64,000 bases of DNA, taken from the human T2T-CHM13v2.0 reference genome, Homo sapiens. The stretch lies in NCBI RefSeq assembly GCF_009914755.1, contig NC_060927.1; one strand, 5' to 3'. A program made the translations under genes and the position numbers. The first letter of the stretch is position 1; every line of letters starts with the position of its first letter. Below, in pieces: positions 1 to 12,845 of the stretch. The notes below the pieces were generated by a model. It worked only from the letters and a program-made list of their open reading frames with translations. It was not told where the DNA came from and did no database searches.

Positions 1-1229
1 TATAATAGTTAGATTATAATGTACTTTTCTATACATGATCTCTCTTGATTCTCACCATAATGCTTTGAAGCATTCAGATAAACCTTGTTCAGAGAAAAGA
101 ACTCAAAGGAGGTTCAAACAGAATGTATCAGATTCTGGAGCAGAATTCTTGTCTTTTTGACTTCTACTCCTGCATCTTTTTCCCACAAGAATAAAAAAAA
201 ATGATGCCTTTGTATCTGTCTGAAGTGTGACTGCTGAGGAAAATAACAAAAGCCCATATTAACATACCTGTGAGTCTCAATAAATATTCATTGTGATGTT
301 TAGCCCATTTTTTTCTCAATTGGGAGTCCATAGATCTCTCAGTTAAATGTGGAATAATCCTAGTAATGTTCTTTCTCTGTGGGCTTTGTTCTATAGACTT
401 TGAAGCACAACCAAAATAGACTCATCCATTATAATTATTTTTACTTTTATTTCCAATATGGGCATCAGGGAGAAAAGATACTGAGCAGTAGAAGAGAAGT
501 GATGAAGAGCTAGTGACAGGTTGGGCCTTAGGGGAATCCCTGGGGGTCCTACAATGCAAGACACCAGCCTTAATTAATAGAGAAGTGAATGGTATACAAT
601 TGTACACATATTTTGATTATATCTTCTGCTCCTTTGTTAAGTTAAACAAAAAATACTGGACATGAGTATGTGTGTGTGGGAGTGGTGTTGGTGACAAGGA
701 GGGGTGGAAAGGTCAATGGTACATAACTGTTCCTATAGTCCTTGTTTAGCCTTGAACAATCTTATGAGCTAGTGGTTAGTCTGTTGACTCACAACCATGT
801 TCTTCTTCTAGTTGGTTGATGGGGCAGGGGTTGTCTTCTGTAAGTGAGAAACAAATGAAATATGAATGCAGTGCCTCCATTTTGTATAGTTTATAGATAC
901 AGTAATGACTACTTAAACATAATGTTGCCCTAGGGCTCTGTGTGCTCCTGAAAGTCCATTGTGTTTAAGATGTATATAAAGCCTTAAGGCAATATTGCAC
1001 CATCAGAGAAAAGATTTTTGCCCAGGCAATAAACGTATTGCTTTAGTGTCCTTCCACATTGTCAAATCCTTTGTATTAATATCCTTTCCCACACTTCTGT
1101 CTTTGCCACCTGTGATGTAGGTTTTAAAGAAAAGGCCTCCCATCTTGAGATGATTTTGTGATTTAGTGAAACTGTATCTTTGGTGCTTTACTTGCGCTCT
1201 TTTTAGTGTTTAGTATTTTAGTTTTTGGA

Positions 1230-1418
1230 TTTCCTTCTCTTCTCTTCTCTTCTCTTCTCTTTCTTTCTTTCTTTTTCTTTCTTTCTTCTTCTCTTTTCTT
1301 TCTTTTTCTCTTTCTTTCTTTCTCTCTTTCTTTCTTTCTCCTTTTTCTTTCTTCTTTCTTTCTCTCTCCTTCCTTCCTTCTTCCTTTTCTTTTCTTTTCT
1401 CCTTCCTTCCTTCCTTTC
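1230..1418. repeat. CT-rich polypyrimidine low-complexity tract (TTTC/TTCC/TCTCT units)
   Basis: Almost pure C/T run; explains the K/R/E- and F/S/L-rich pseudo-ORFs at 1163-1493. Confidence 0.95.
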
Positions 1419-2142
1419 AGCACAACCATTTTTCCAAGGTCTATTGAAAAGAAAGATTATTTTATAAATGAAATCACAATTAAATTGTGGTGATTTGGGG
1501 TGAGTTTTCGTTGGAAATTGAAAGTTTAATCAACCAACTGTTCTTGAACACTGGGTTATCCTTTCATAGATGAGGAAGTGGGTTCAAAGGAGGTCAGGAA
1601 CTTAACTAATTAGTAAAGGATGTTAGTGAGATTTATCTTGCTCACAATTCTGATCTGACTTCATTTCTTGGTAATGCTTGTCATTGAGAAAATAATTTTT
1701 ATAGACAGAAATTCTAATAATGGACTTTATGGAACTCTAATAGATGAGGGTTGAGAGGTCTTGAAAAGAACTCTCAGATTGGATTGTGTTTACTTATTAT
1801 GTTCAAGGAAACCCCTACTGCGCAGAACAAGCTTTGGTAATAAGCAAATCCTGCTTCTCTCCCTTCATTAGGGAGGGCTCATTGAGGAAAAAACAAAGTA
1901 GCAGTGAGCTAGAGGTACAGAAGCACCTCTACTATGCAGTCTTGAAGTCTTTTGTTTTCTCCCTGCACTCATATGTCCTCTGGATCTAAACTTACCACAG
2001 CCTAGAGAGAGAGTCTGGTCATGCTCAGCATGGGAAAGTATTAAAAAATCTATCTTTCATCTTTCTGAGGGAAGCAGAACCACTCTTTACCTGCCTGAGA
2101 GTATAATTAGGGGTCAGTTGGGAGGACTGTTGAGTTGAGGCT

Positions 2143-2360
2143 ATGTGCACAATGCTTAAGAGTGTGGAGTCTGGTATCAGCCAGACCCAGGTTCAAGCCC
2201 TGACTTTGCTATTTTTAACTATGGGACTTTAGGCCAATTACTTAGTTCATCTTCACCTACAAGATGGAATAATATCAGAGCCTACCTCATGGCCTTGTTG
2301 GGTGGATTAAGTAAGATAATGAATGTAATGTGTCTGACAAAGTGTTCAATAAATGTTAAT
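2143..2360 (+). mobile_element. MIR SINE
   Basis: ttaagagtgtggagtctgg...gggttcaagccc-like head, cctacctcatggccttgttg, and ...aataaatgtta tail follow the MIR consensus. Confidence 0.85.
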
Positions 2361-3296
2361 AAATTGACATTTATTAACAAAGAAAAAGTGTTTAATAAAT
2401 GTTAATAAATTGAAAAATGCTAATTTAAATGACTCCTGTGTGTGCTCCATATGATTGTTCTTTTCAGCCATAGTGCTAGTGGTGTGGCTTGCTTCTAAAT
2501 TACTTTTCCTGATGACAGAGTGAAAAAAGTTGTGCGTGTGTGGAGGAGAGAGCGTATACCTGACTAAATAACATAGATACTAATATAACCAGTAGCCTGA
2601 GAAGAGCCCTGAGTATCCTTCTCTTGAGCCATAACCTATGAAGGAAGTCCTGCTTAGCTCTGCTCTGGGAGGGTAAATGTGCTATTTCCTGCAGTCCTGG
2701 CTGTGTGTTTTGTGTTCCAGGGTTAGCTCAGCCCCCTCTTTGCCTGTCTGCAGGGCTGTCATTGTGTGATTCATAACTCAATATTAACCACAGATGAGGG
2801 AGGAGTGGATAGGGGAATTTTCTTTCATGTGACATAAAGTAACTGGGATCAGGGTTTTTCTATAGAAGCATTAATTATCCTTGTCAGTCTAACCAAGAAC
2901 AAATTTTACTTCAACCAAAGATCATGGTATTTCATTGGCATCCAGGGAATGTACAATGAAGGCTTTGCCATTTATCCATGGGTATAATAAATTTAGAGTC
3001 TTTTGTGATTTATGTTTTTCACTCATTCTGTTTAAACTGGTATGGTATCTATTAATAATAAGCACACAATTCTGGAGTGTGAGACAGGAAGGTTATTGGT
3101 GACAAGACTAGATTACCAGTGTGTAAGGTTTTTTCACACTTTTCAATTCATTGTCTCTCTAATCCTTTTTTCTTGTTTCTGCTTTTCCCTTTATTGATTG
3201 TGGAAACTAATGGAATATAAGAGTTGGAAGGAGACTAAGAGATCATCCAATATTTTATAAAGAAAAATTATGAAGGACAAAAACTTGGTGGGTGCC

Positions 3297-3973
3297 TGTG
3301 GTATTGTGAAATATATATTTTTCTTCAATCCTGTTTCCTGACATAAAACTCCTAAAATCCTTGGGGAGGGGGCTAAAAGTTAAGTTGATCACCAATGGCC
3401 AGTGATTTAATCAGTCATGCCTATGTAATGAAGCTTCCATAAAACTCCAAAAGGGCTGAGTTTAGAGGGCTGCTAGATAGCTGGAAAAAATGGGTGTTCC
3501 TGGAGAGTGGCATGGCTGGGGAGGGCATGAAAGCTCCATGCCCCTACTCACATACATCTCTTCATCTGTATTCTTTGTAAAATCTTTTATAATAAACTGT
3601 AAGTGTTTCCTTGAGTTCTGTGAGCCGCTGTAGCAAATTAATTAAACCCAAAGTGGGACTCGTGGGAACCTCTACTTGAAGCTGGTTGGTCAGAAGTTCT
3701 GGAGGTCTGGATTTGCACCTGGTGTCTGAAGCTGGGGAGAGGAGGCAGTCTTGGGGACTGGGCCCTCAACCTGTGGGATCTGAGAGTATCACCAGGTAGA
3801 TAGTGTCAAAATTAAATTGGAGGACACCCAGTTGGTGTCTGCTACAGAGATTATTGCTTCCTTGATGGTGGGGAGAAATCCCTTAATACTTTGGGGTCAT
3901 AGAAGTCTTCTGTGTTGACTATTGTTTTGTTGGTATCAGAGCAGGGGAAAAATGGTTTGAGTTTTTCCTAACA
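3297..3973 (+). mobile_element. MER21-family solo LTR
   Basis: TG...CA termini; perfect 5-bp TSD GTGCC (3292-3296, 3974-3978); internal AATAAA; MER21-like motifs gagttctgtgagccgc and agatagtgtca. Confidence 0.85.
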
Positions 3974-5864
3974 GTGCCCTAACTAGCTCTTGTCTTTGAT
4001 AATAATTCCTGCTCACAGAAATGCATCCAGTAGAATAAAATGGATTATCACTCTGGATATAGGTCAATTTTACTAGTTTTGCATTGGTAAATTCTGCATT
4101 TCTTATCTAACTACAATGTGTAACACATTGAGCTCTCGATGCAACTGGTTGTTCATACTGGTTCCTTCATTAAAATTCTGAGCCCATTTTCATTTTATAT
4201 ATGCATGAATAACATGATCTTTCATTTTAAAACAGTTTTAACACTATAGATGATAAAACAAAAAAGAAGAGAAAATGAATTATACAAACTTCGTGGCACA
4301 TTTGGACTCAATTCTATGTTTTCTATGCCTATCTCCAGAAACTAATTTACATCATGTATTCTTCTGGACTATGTATCTGTACTCTATTCTTCCTAAATTT
4401 TCCTTAATCCTTTAAAATTAGGCCATGTCTCCAAAGTACAATGAATTGATAGCTTTAATATAAGCTTAATATGTATCTTTTTTTCCCTTCCTAATCAGAT
4501 ATGTAGGAATTACTTAGCAAATGATGGTGGAGGTAACTAACTATGTTGTATGCTTTGAGGTACTATTGAGGTCCTTTCTGTCTCCTTCATACTTCCTCCC
4601 CCATTCTATCCAAAATACATCTCCTTGTCTAACTGCCACTGACAATAGAACATCATTTATTTTGGCCAGAAGGTACTAGCCCTAAATAGAATGCAAATAC
4701 ACTTGGGGGTAAATATAACACTTAATACAGATTGGCTGATAAACTATTTCCAGTCTGAACTCTAGATGAAGGAAGGTTGATAGAAGAGAAGACTGGCTGA
4801 AAAGGTATGGGCATCTGGTATTTTTGGGAAAAGCTTGTTCTGCTACACCCATTATCACATGGTATCTGCTTTGTAGCTTCAGTGTTTAAGATCACCAGCT
4901 TCTACTCTCATGTCTCAACCCCTTAATCATTGTGCCTTTATGTATATTTTTCTCTTTATACAGCCTAAACTTAATGGTGAGTGCTTTCTGCAGACTGAAA
5001 GTGATGGCTGTTGAAATCTCTCAAATTAATCTCTAGGAATTTTAATTTGGTTGGCAGTCATATTTTTCAACCAAATATCAGGGGCTTCAATTTTTAGAAT
5101 GTTGTCTTTTTAAACCCATTTGGCATTAACAACCTTCTTATACTCATCTGTTTAATTTTGGTGCCCAATCTTCTCCTGTAAGTTTTCCCGGTAGATCAAA
5201 CAATAAAATATCATTCTTTTAGAATCCAAGTTTCTGTCTAGTCACTGAGATGTTTATCTACCAGTTTACTTAAGCTCAGCTAGAACCATCTCTAGTCATA
5301 AGTAGGCAAATATTCGTAAAGCCTTACATATTACACAACACACTTTGGAGGTACTTAATTTATGCAGATCCTGGCTTTCTACATATTCTTATACTGTAAT
5401 GAATACCTACTCTTCTATATCCCAGGAGCATTTTTAAATTTCTGAATTAACTTTCCTTTATCTCTTCCCCCTTTTTCCTTTCCTTTCCATGCCTTTTTTC
5501 TTCATTCTCTTTCTCCTTCATTGAGTAAGTAATTCCTAAGTTCCTAATGTGTATCCAGCACATTGCTAGGCTCCATGGAATATGCTGTATCATCTAAATT
5601 AAAAAAATTCAAGTCAAAATTTTAGAATGTACAAAGCCTTAGAATGTACAAAATTATCGCAGTTTTTGGAGATTTTTGCTTGTTTGTTTTTGTAGGAAAA
5701 CATGGAGATCATTGTTTGAAATTTCAGAATTTCAGAAAATTTAAATAGGAAGGCCATCTTTTGGTTACATAATGAAAGAAATGCAACCTTCCAGCATTGT
5801 AAATGACCAACAGTTTTTGGTATATTTTGTATATTAGTAAAAAATACTAATGACTATAATAATT

Positions 5865-5990
5865 ATGTACATTTTGAAAATTGTCTATGTGCCAGTCCCT
5901 GAATGAAGCACTTTACACTTGGTTGTTGTGATCATGCTTAGCCTGGGAACCAGAACTAATGTCCTTTTCTATACAAAAGGAAACCATATG
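5865..5990 (-). mobile_element. MIR fragment
   Basis: ctatgtgccag...aagcactttacac matches the reverse complement of the MIR 3' end. Confidence 0.6.
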
Positions 5991-6267
5991 TAATGATAGA
6001 TGCATGAAATTCAAAGAATTAGGCACTTCTAGTGGGTTATCTTCTGGAATTGAGAAAGAACCTCAGATTGTTATTCTCCAAGCCAAGAGACCAGGATGCA
6101 AACAGCCCAAATATCACCTACAATGAACTCTTCTTTCCCTTTCCCTTTTACATTCCAGAAAATTCAACAGCAATACAAATTAACCTTTGGAAAATCTTTC
6201 CTGGGTTTTATGTTTGTGTGAAATGCCCCTTTACTAAACTGGAAGATGTGTAAGATGGAAGAAGAGG

Positions 6268-6654
6268 TTCTGCTGGATATGGAGAAATTGGAACCCTTGT
6301 ACATGTGGAAATGTAAAATGGTGCATTAGGAAAACAGTTTCAACGGTCCTCAAAGTGGTAAACATAGAGTTACCATATGACTGAGAAATTTTACTCCCAG
6401 GTATATACCCAAGATAAATAAAAACATGTTCATATAAAACTCATATATATATGTCCATGGCAGCTTTATTTATAGTTGCCAAAATGTCTCTTGTGACTGG
6501 CTTCTTTCACTCAACATGATGTGTTCAAGGTCCATTAGTATTGGAACTTAACTCGTCTTTATTGTTAAACGATATTCCACTGTATGGACATATCCTCATT
6601 TTATTTACCCATTCATCAGTTGATGGACATTTGGGGTTTTTCCATGTTTTGGCA
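6268..6654. mobile_element. Old L1M ORF2-end fragment in two opposite-orientation pieces (+ 6268-6486, - 6487-6654)
   Basis: ggagaaattggaaccc...gagttaccatatgac...ggtatatacccaag on +; gttgatggacatttgggg is antisense L1. Confidence 0.8.
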
Positions 6655-6694
6655 GTGTGTGCATTGTGTGTGTTGTGTGAGGGAAAGGGATAGA

Positions 6695-6795
6695 ATGAAA
6701 GTGATATTAAGATTAAGTGACATAATGTATGTAATATTTCTAGCAGAGTTCCTGGGACATGGCAGATATGTTATTATTTTATTACTATTGTTATA
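6695..6795 (+). mobile_element. MIR 3' fragment
   Basis: aagattaagtgacataatgtatgtaa...cctgggacatgg...tattatt. Confidence 0.6.
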
Positions 6796-7121
6796 ATTTC
6801 CTTTATCTAGGAGAGCACAGCTTCATTGCCAGATGTAACTTTTATTTAGACTAAGGAATCAGTTAAGATAACCATAAGATACTCTTGGTCTTGAACTCTG
6901 CCATGCCTAAACAAAAATTATCTTCTTTGCCTTGGAAAATTATTACTTTAGTGAAATAAATTGTTTTCTTTCTAAATTTGCAAAGTATTATTTTTTACAC
7001 TATAATACTTTGCTATAAAAGAACTTTTTAAGGTACACTTTTTAAAAAAAGTGCGGGCAACTGAGACAAAATACAAAATTAATTGGCAATGATGTGGATT
7101 AAAAAGCAGTTAAATTAGTCA

Positions 7122-7216
7122 TTTCTTTATTTTAAGATGAAGTCTCACTATGTTGCCCAGGCTAACCTGGAACTCCTAGGCTCAAGGGATCCTCTTGTGC
7201 ACCACTGTGCTCAGCT
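7122..7216 (-). mobile_element. FLAM/Alu left-monomer remnant
   Basis: gtctcactatgttgcccaggct...gaactcctaggctcaagggatcctc. Confidence 0.8.
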
Positions 7217-8031
7217 ATTATTTTGAGAAAGAAAGAATTATCAACTTAAAAGTAAAGAACAAAGCTCTTATTAAATTATGCAGTTAATAGTAAAAATATA
7301 CTTGGGTAAATGGAGGAAATCTAGGGACTTAGTGAAGGAGTCAGGTGTAAAAGGAGAGAATGAGAGATTTAAAAGGTTGAAGAGAAAGGCAGAGAATAAC
7401 ATCAGTGCTTCCCAAAATTCTGAGTTTGAAAAATCAAACACGTTTAATAAAATGAGCAATTTAAAACTTAAAAAGCCCATGTCTTTGAAACACATATAGT
7501 TTGAAAACTTTATTGTTTTTCAGAAAGGAACACACACCTCTATTCAGGAATTTAGTAGCTGTTGCAATTCATATTTTCAGACACAACAACAGACAAAAGT
7601 GGAATTGTCAGTTTTTTTACATCAGAAGCCTGAGTAATTTTCTATCTTAAAATTGTGATGCACATTTTTTTCATATCATGTTTCTGAAATTTAAAATGCC
7701 ATATAGAAAAAAGTAGAAATTTTCTTTCTTCTTTTTTCCCTTTTTTCTTTTTTGAAAAGCTGCTCTCAAATTAAGGGTGTTATTTAATGGCATCAGGAAA
7801 GAAAGGAAATTGGTGTGGTACATTTAATGTTAAATTCTGGTTACAGAATGAAAATTTCCCATAATAAAGCTAGACTTCGATTCACTCCTTGTCTACTTCT
7901 GTGTCCTTGAGCAAAGAAACATACTAGAATATAGACCAAACATCACAAGTCAGGAAGCCAGGTTGTGTTACCAACTATGGTAACAAACTGGGAGGTGTTT
8001 AATTTACATTCATATTCTGAAACATATAGAA

Positions 8032-8204
8032 CTGTGCTGTGCAATATGGTAATTGCTAGCCACATGTGGCTATTTATATTAACTGCAATTAAATAAAATT
8101 CAACATTTAGTTCTTCAATCATACTGGCTACAGATAGCCAGTGGCTACTGTATTGGACAGTGCAGACCACATACATCACCGCAGAAAGTTCTGTTGGACA
8201 ATGC
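8032..8204 (-). mobile_element. MER3 (hAT-Charlie MITE)
   Basis: ctagccacatgtggcta palindrome, gtggctactgtattggacagtgcag, agaaagttctgttggaca. Confidence 0.85.
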
Positions 8205-8422
8205 CAATATATAAAGCTACCAAAAAGATACTTGTTTTTGCTGATGGGCTTTTTAGATATCTAAGTTGGTTGGTTGGTTGAGGTTACTAATAAGGCAGAA
8301 TTTTGACATCAGCATAGGCCATTAATATCTTTACTTAGTGGCCAAAGAGATGTCCTTAAGTTTGTCTAGAGGCATCGCAGACATGTGTTAATAGACCTGG
8401 GGACTGAAGAGACAGTATCAAA

Positions 8423-8600
8423 GCTTCATTTATTTATTCTTAAATATTCATTGAGTACCTACTATGTTCTGGGCAGTATGTTCACTCAGTCTAGGTCCAC
8501 ACGACACAAACAAGAAGATACTGGTCTTAAACTTAAGAAACCATATCAGAGCAGACAGAATTAAATAAGGCTATTATGGAGCTAATAATAGAACCATGTT
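8423..8600 (-). mobile_element. L2 3' fragment
   Basis: ttcatttatttattc...attgagtacctactatgt. Confidence 0.65.
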
Positions 8601-10310
8601 CTGAGTTAATGATATGAAAGGTGTGGTTTATTATGGAAATTGGTTAGAAAAGAAACATAACTGGTAATCCTACTTCATTTAAAAAAAAAGTTGCTGTGTT
8701 TGTGACACCTAAGTAGAAACTGGGTTCCTTGGTGATGGAGGAAAAGAATTGCTTGGAATACTTCTCTTTTATTATCCACAGAATCTAGCAAATTCCTAAA
8801 TTCATAATAGATGGTCAGTATGTCAACTGAATAATTTACTAATCAGTTATCTGTTTTAGTTACAGACATTTAGAGAATTTTCTCAAAATAGCCATATCTT
8901 TAAAAAAGAGATTAAAAAAACAAAAATGAAACAAAGGAGGATGTCAGGATGACCCCTGTATGCGAGTAGTTGTGTGAACAGAAATCAAAGCAAAGATAAT
9001 TTTCTCAACCTTTAATGTATTTTAAGCTTACTCTTATTTTAGTGTCTCAAAAGGGCCTGATAGATATCAAAGGTTCATTTTTTTCCTGCGAACTTTATGA
9101 TGAACTAAGGTGATTGACAGAATAGAATAAGCAATCTGGGCTCTACCTGCTGGACTGGGAGTAGTCTGGACTTGTTAATAACGACATTCTTCTCAGGTGA
9201 AGAAAAAATGCATGAACTGGAAACATGCAATGTAGATTTAGGCAGTTCAGTTGAATGGTATGGCAGGCATCAGCTCTCCTGAACTTACTTATGGATCGGG
9301 CAGTTCCAAATCACCGTTTTATTCATATAGTTGTCAACAGATGGATGGTCCAGTTCCTCCTACTTTGTATTTAACATCATGTCTAATAAATATTCAACAT
9401 TTAGCACATGCAGACTGCACTTGTTGAGCCTCCCCAACAGCTACTAATGAGGACATTAGCTTTTAATTAACTATATAAAGCTTTGGGTTTGGACTAGAAC
9501 GTTCATTCAGCACAGGCATTATATAATGTAGATCATTATAGGACATTAGTTGGTTGCTAGACAACCACATGTTCTAGCAGATTTTAGGCTGAGCTCCAAT
9601 GATAAGCAAGGATCAAACATTTCAACTCGCAAATTTGATCTTATTATCTTCTCAGCCTGGACTATTCTAACAACTACACAGGTCTTACCAGGCAGAGCTA
9701 CTAAGTTCAAACTATGGAGTAAAGTTTTAAAAAATAGAATATTTATCTTGAATGCAGAGGAAGAAATGTTAGTATAAATTAAAGCTGTTAACAATCTCAG
9801 CCAAATTGCTAAGGGATGTCCATGTGGGACACATAAATCTGCTCACAGGATATCAGGTATTATTTTATAGTTTCATTTTAGTGTCTTTTAAAAAATTTAC
9901 TAGAGTTTTATGATTATTTTGTTATTGTTTTAATACAAATTTTTCTGGGAAATATGTTTACAAATATTTTCTGTACTTTTTATTTATGCCTATGGTATTA
10001 CAATAGAACCAATATGAAAAATAGGGTATAATAGAAATTTTACTTTAATTAAAGCAAAGTACTCCACCTCAGTGACCTATTTCATTAAATATTTTTATAA
10101 GTAAGACTTAATAAATAGATCACCTAGATGGATAAAATGGCCACAAGGCAGATCTGACAAAGTTGGAATGGGGCACATTTTCAGTTTTGCAAATTTTATG
10201 AGACTTCTCTATGTTATGCCCATATTGGTTGGCTTCTGGAAATGTTCTACAGTAGATAATATGTTCATTCCATGAAACAGGATATAGGCCTTGTCTATTT
10301 CTTCCCAATT

Positions 10311-10765
10311 TTTATGAGTTGAATCACATCTCCCCCAAATTCATATGTTGAGGTTTTAACCCCCAGTACCTCAGAATGTGACCAAATGAGAAACAGAGTC
10401 CTTGCAGATGTAATTAGTTAACAGAAATTTAGACTGTGGTAGGGTGGGCCCAAGCTCAATAACCAGTCATTATACAAATGGATAATTTGGACATAGACAT
10501 GCACACAGAACATCATATGAATGTAAAATCAGAGATCCGGGTGATGCTTCTACAAGCCAAGGAACACCAAAGATAGGCAGCAAAACACCAGACATTGGGC
10601 AAGAGGCATGGAACAGATTCTCCCTCATAGCCATCAGAAAGCAGGAACCCTAACAACACCCTGATCTTGGACTTTTAGCCTCCAGAACTCCAGACAAGAG
10701 ATTTCTGTTGTTTAAGCCACCCTGCGTGTGATATTTTCCTGTGGCAGCTGTAGGAAACTAATGTA
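10311..10765 (+). mobile_element. MLT1 (MLT1C-like) MaLR solo LTR
   Basis: aaattcatatgttgagg...cagtacctcagaatgtgac, tctacaagccaaggaacacca, gatcttggacttttagcctccagaac, ggaaactaat end. Confidence 0.9.
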
Positions 10766-11414
10766 CTTTCAGTAGTAAAGTGAGCAAATGCACATTCATT
10801 TTCTGCAGTAGTCAGTTTTCTCCCAAATCCCTGAACAGAGACAAAGCCTTAGGCTACTGGCCATATAGCACTTTCAAAATGTACAGGAGATAGAATCAAT
10901 AGGCCTCAATGCTGCTACGAATTCATTTGTGTTATCCATCAATAACATAGCCCTTGTGGCTGATCCATATCAAATTCATTCTAGCAAGTGATTTTCAATG
11001 ACATCAAAAGAAGCCACCCCCTCTATTCATTTTCAAAAACATGTGTCAGCACTCCCTAAAACCCACACTGATTCTCTTTCCAATAGCCGTCCCTACTTCG
11101 AGGGAAGAACCTGATAAAAGCCCAATTAAAGAGGTTTGCCATTGACCGGGGCACTTTTCTGGACAAAACTGAAAGCAATGGATACTTCTTCAGTGTATTA
11201 GGGTAAGCCACACTTGCCAGAGGCTCACCAGCAATTAAAAGTTACAAGACGCTGCAGGTCCCCAGTGGGTCCTGTATAGGTGAGAGATAAACACACATTG
11301 AGCTGGAGAAGTGCACTGCGTTATGATGCTCTTCGCACTTGAATTAAGGCCCTGGTTGAGCTCTGTAGTCATTAACTGACAGTGTTTTTCTATCTGTGAC
11401 TGGTGCCCTTTGAA

Positions 11415-11497
11415 ATAGTTCCCTAGAACTGTTTACCACATTTAGTAAGTACTCAGTAACATTTGTTGATAGACTCAATGGATGAATAAATAAATAG
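11415..11497 (+). mobile_element. L2 3' tail
   Basis: tagtaagtactcagtaacatttgttga...gaataaataaata. Confidence 0.6.
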
Positions 11498-12574
11498 AGC
11501 CAAGTCCCTAGAAGCAGGTTCTAGATTTATTCCTATCACTCCTAAGCTCTACCTTTGTTCCTTTTTAAAAGCCCCTGACTGGATGTTAGTGCAGGTCACT
11601 GATTTTAACTCTCTTACACACTTGCAAAATAGAGTTTCTAAATATTCCAGTAAACAAATGCTCTCTTCGGAGCAGGTTTGACTTAATGATATATCTCTTA
11701 TTTTCATTTGGCATCAAATGTACCTCTTTTTCCAAAATGTGTTAAAATCTACCCAGCTCAATAGTCCATTTGACACATATTACTAATCCATGTGTTTACT
11801 TAGTTGCTGTAAAAATAAGTTTTACATATTGATCAAAATTTGGCAGCCAGAAAAACTACAGCACAGATTGAGGTCCACTGATTTATTGTTTGTTGGATTT
11901 CAGATTCATTTTATCTCCCCTTAAGGGGCCCTAGAACCCCTTCAATTTATGTTATTAATTAACCACTCCAGTCATTGCCATGTGTGTATCCAGGTATCAG
12001 AATAAACACACACAGCACATCATTTCTACAGCTAAAGCAGCAGCGCTAAAGACCGGAGTTCAGGTCATAACTGTGATTCCCCAGTGAAAGGGAAGCAGTG
12101 AATTAGCAGACATGTAAATTTTGGCTGGTTATTCTTCCACTAAGAAGGTTATGATTAGCCAAAATGCATGTGGCCATTTTCTCTCCTGATCTAGGCAGCT
12201 GGAATCCTTAACTCCCTTTCTTGACATGGTGAATGATAATGCCCTGTCGTTTAAAGGATGGGGAGTGACATAAATTTATGAGAAAAGAGAGGCCAGGTTG
12301 TTGGAGCTTTTGACCACAACAAAGACGGCACTAATGGCCCATCATCAATAATACATGTGTTCAGCCTTGTTGATCCAGTGGTCAGGATGGGTTTCTACCC
12401 ATCCAGTTTATACATTCTCTTCTGATATATTTTTTGATGACAGTTTTGATCTATAAAGATCTAACCTGAATCTGGAGAATAGAGGGAGCAGACTATGGCC
12501 TGGATTAAAGCCAGCACAAGGGGATGATTGGCCTCATGGACTTGGCCTCATGAGCATAATGCTCTTATCTGAGA

Positions 12575-12845
12575 GAAGCATGGATAATGGGAAAACCATG
12601 GCTCTCAGAGTCAGACACACCTTGATTAGAATCCCATGTCTGCCACTCACAAGCTATGTCTCATCAGAACACTTATTCAAACTCTCAGTAACTAAATTTC
12701 ATTTTATTTAAACTGAGGCTAGTAATATCACCTTCCTTCCACCTTTCGTGGGTGCTTATTGTGAGACAGCATATGTTAAATAAGGTAATATATCAGAAAG
12801 TACCTGCTGCAGTACCTGTCACCAAGCACGTGTTCAGTTGCTCAC
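12575..12845 (+). mobile_element. MIR (MIRb-like)
   Basis: gagtcagacacacc...gaatccc..tctgccactcacaagct, followed by core and 3' similarity. Confidence 0.75.

Noticed and set aside
1163-1493. K/R/E-rich and F/S/L-rich ORFs
   Set aside because: Translations of a CT microsatellite; the same applies to ORFs at 18046-18480, 32825-33093 and 43184-43449
5622-5652. Short tandem micro-duplications (also ~12529-12552, 29603-29641, 45758-45792, 47616-47639)
   Set aside because: Two-copy 11-18 bp slippage duplications are common; no array or spacer structure, so not CRISPR-like
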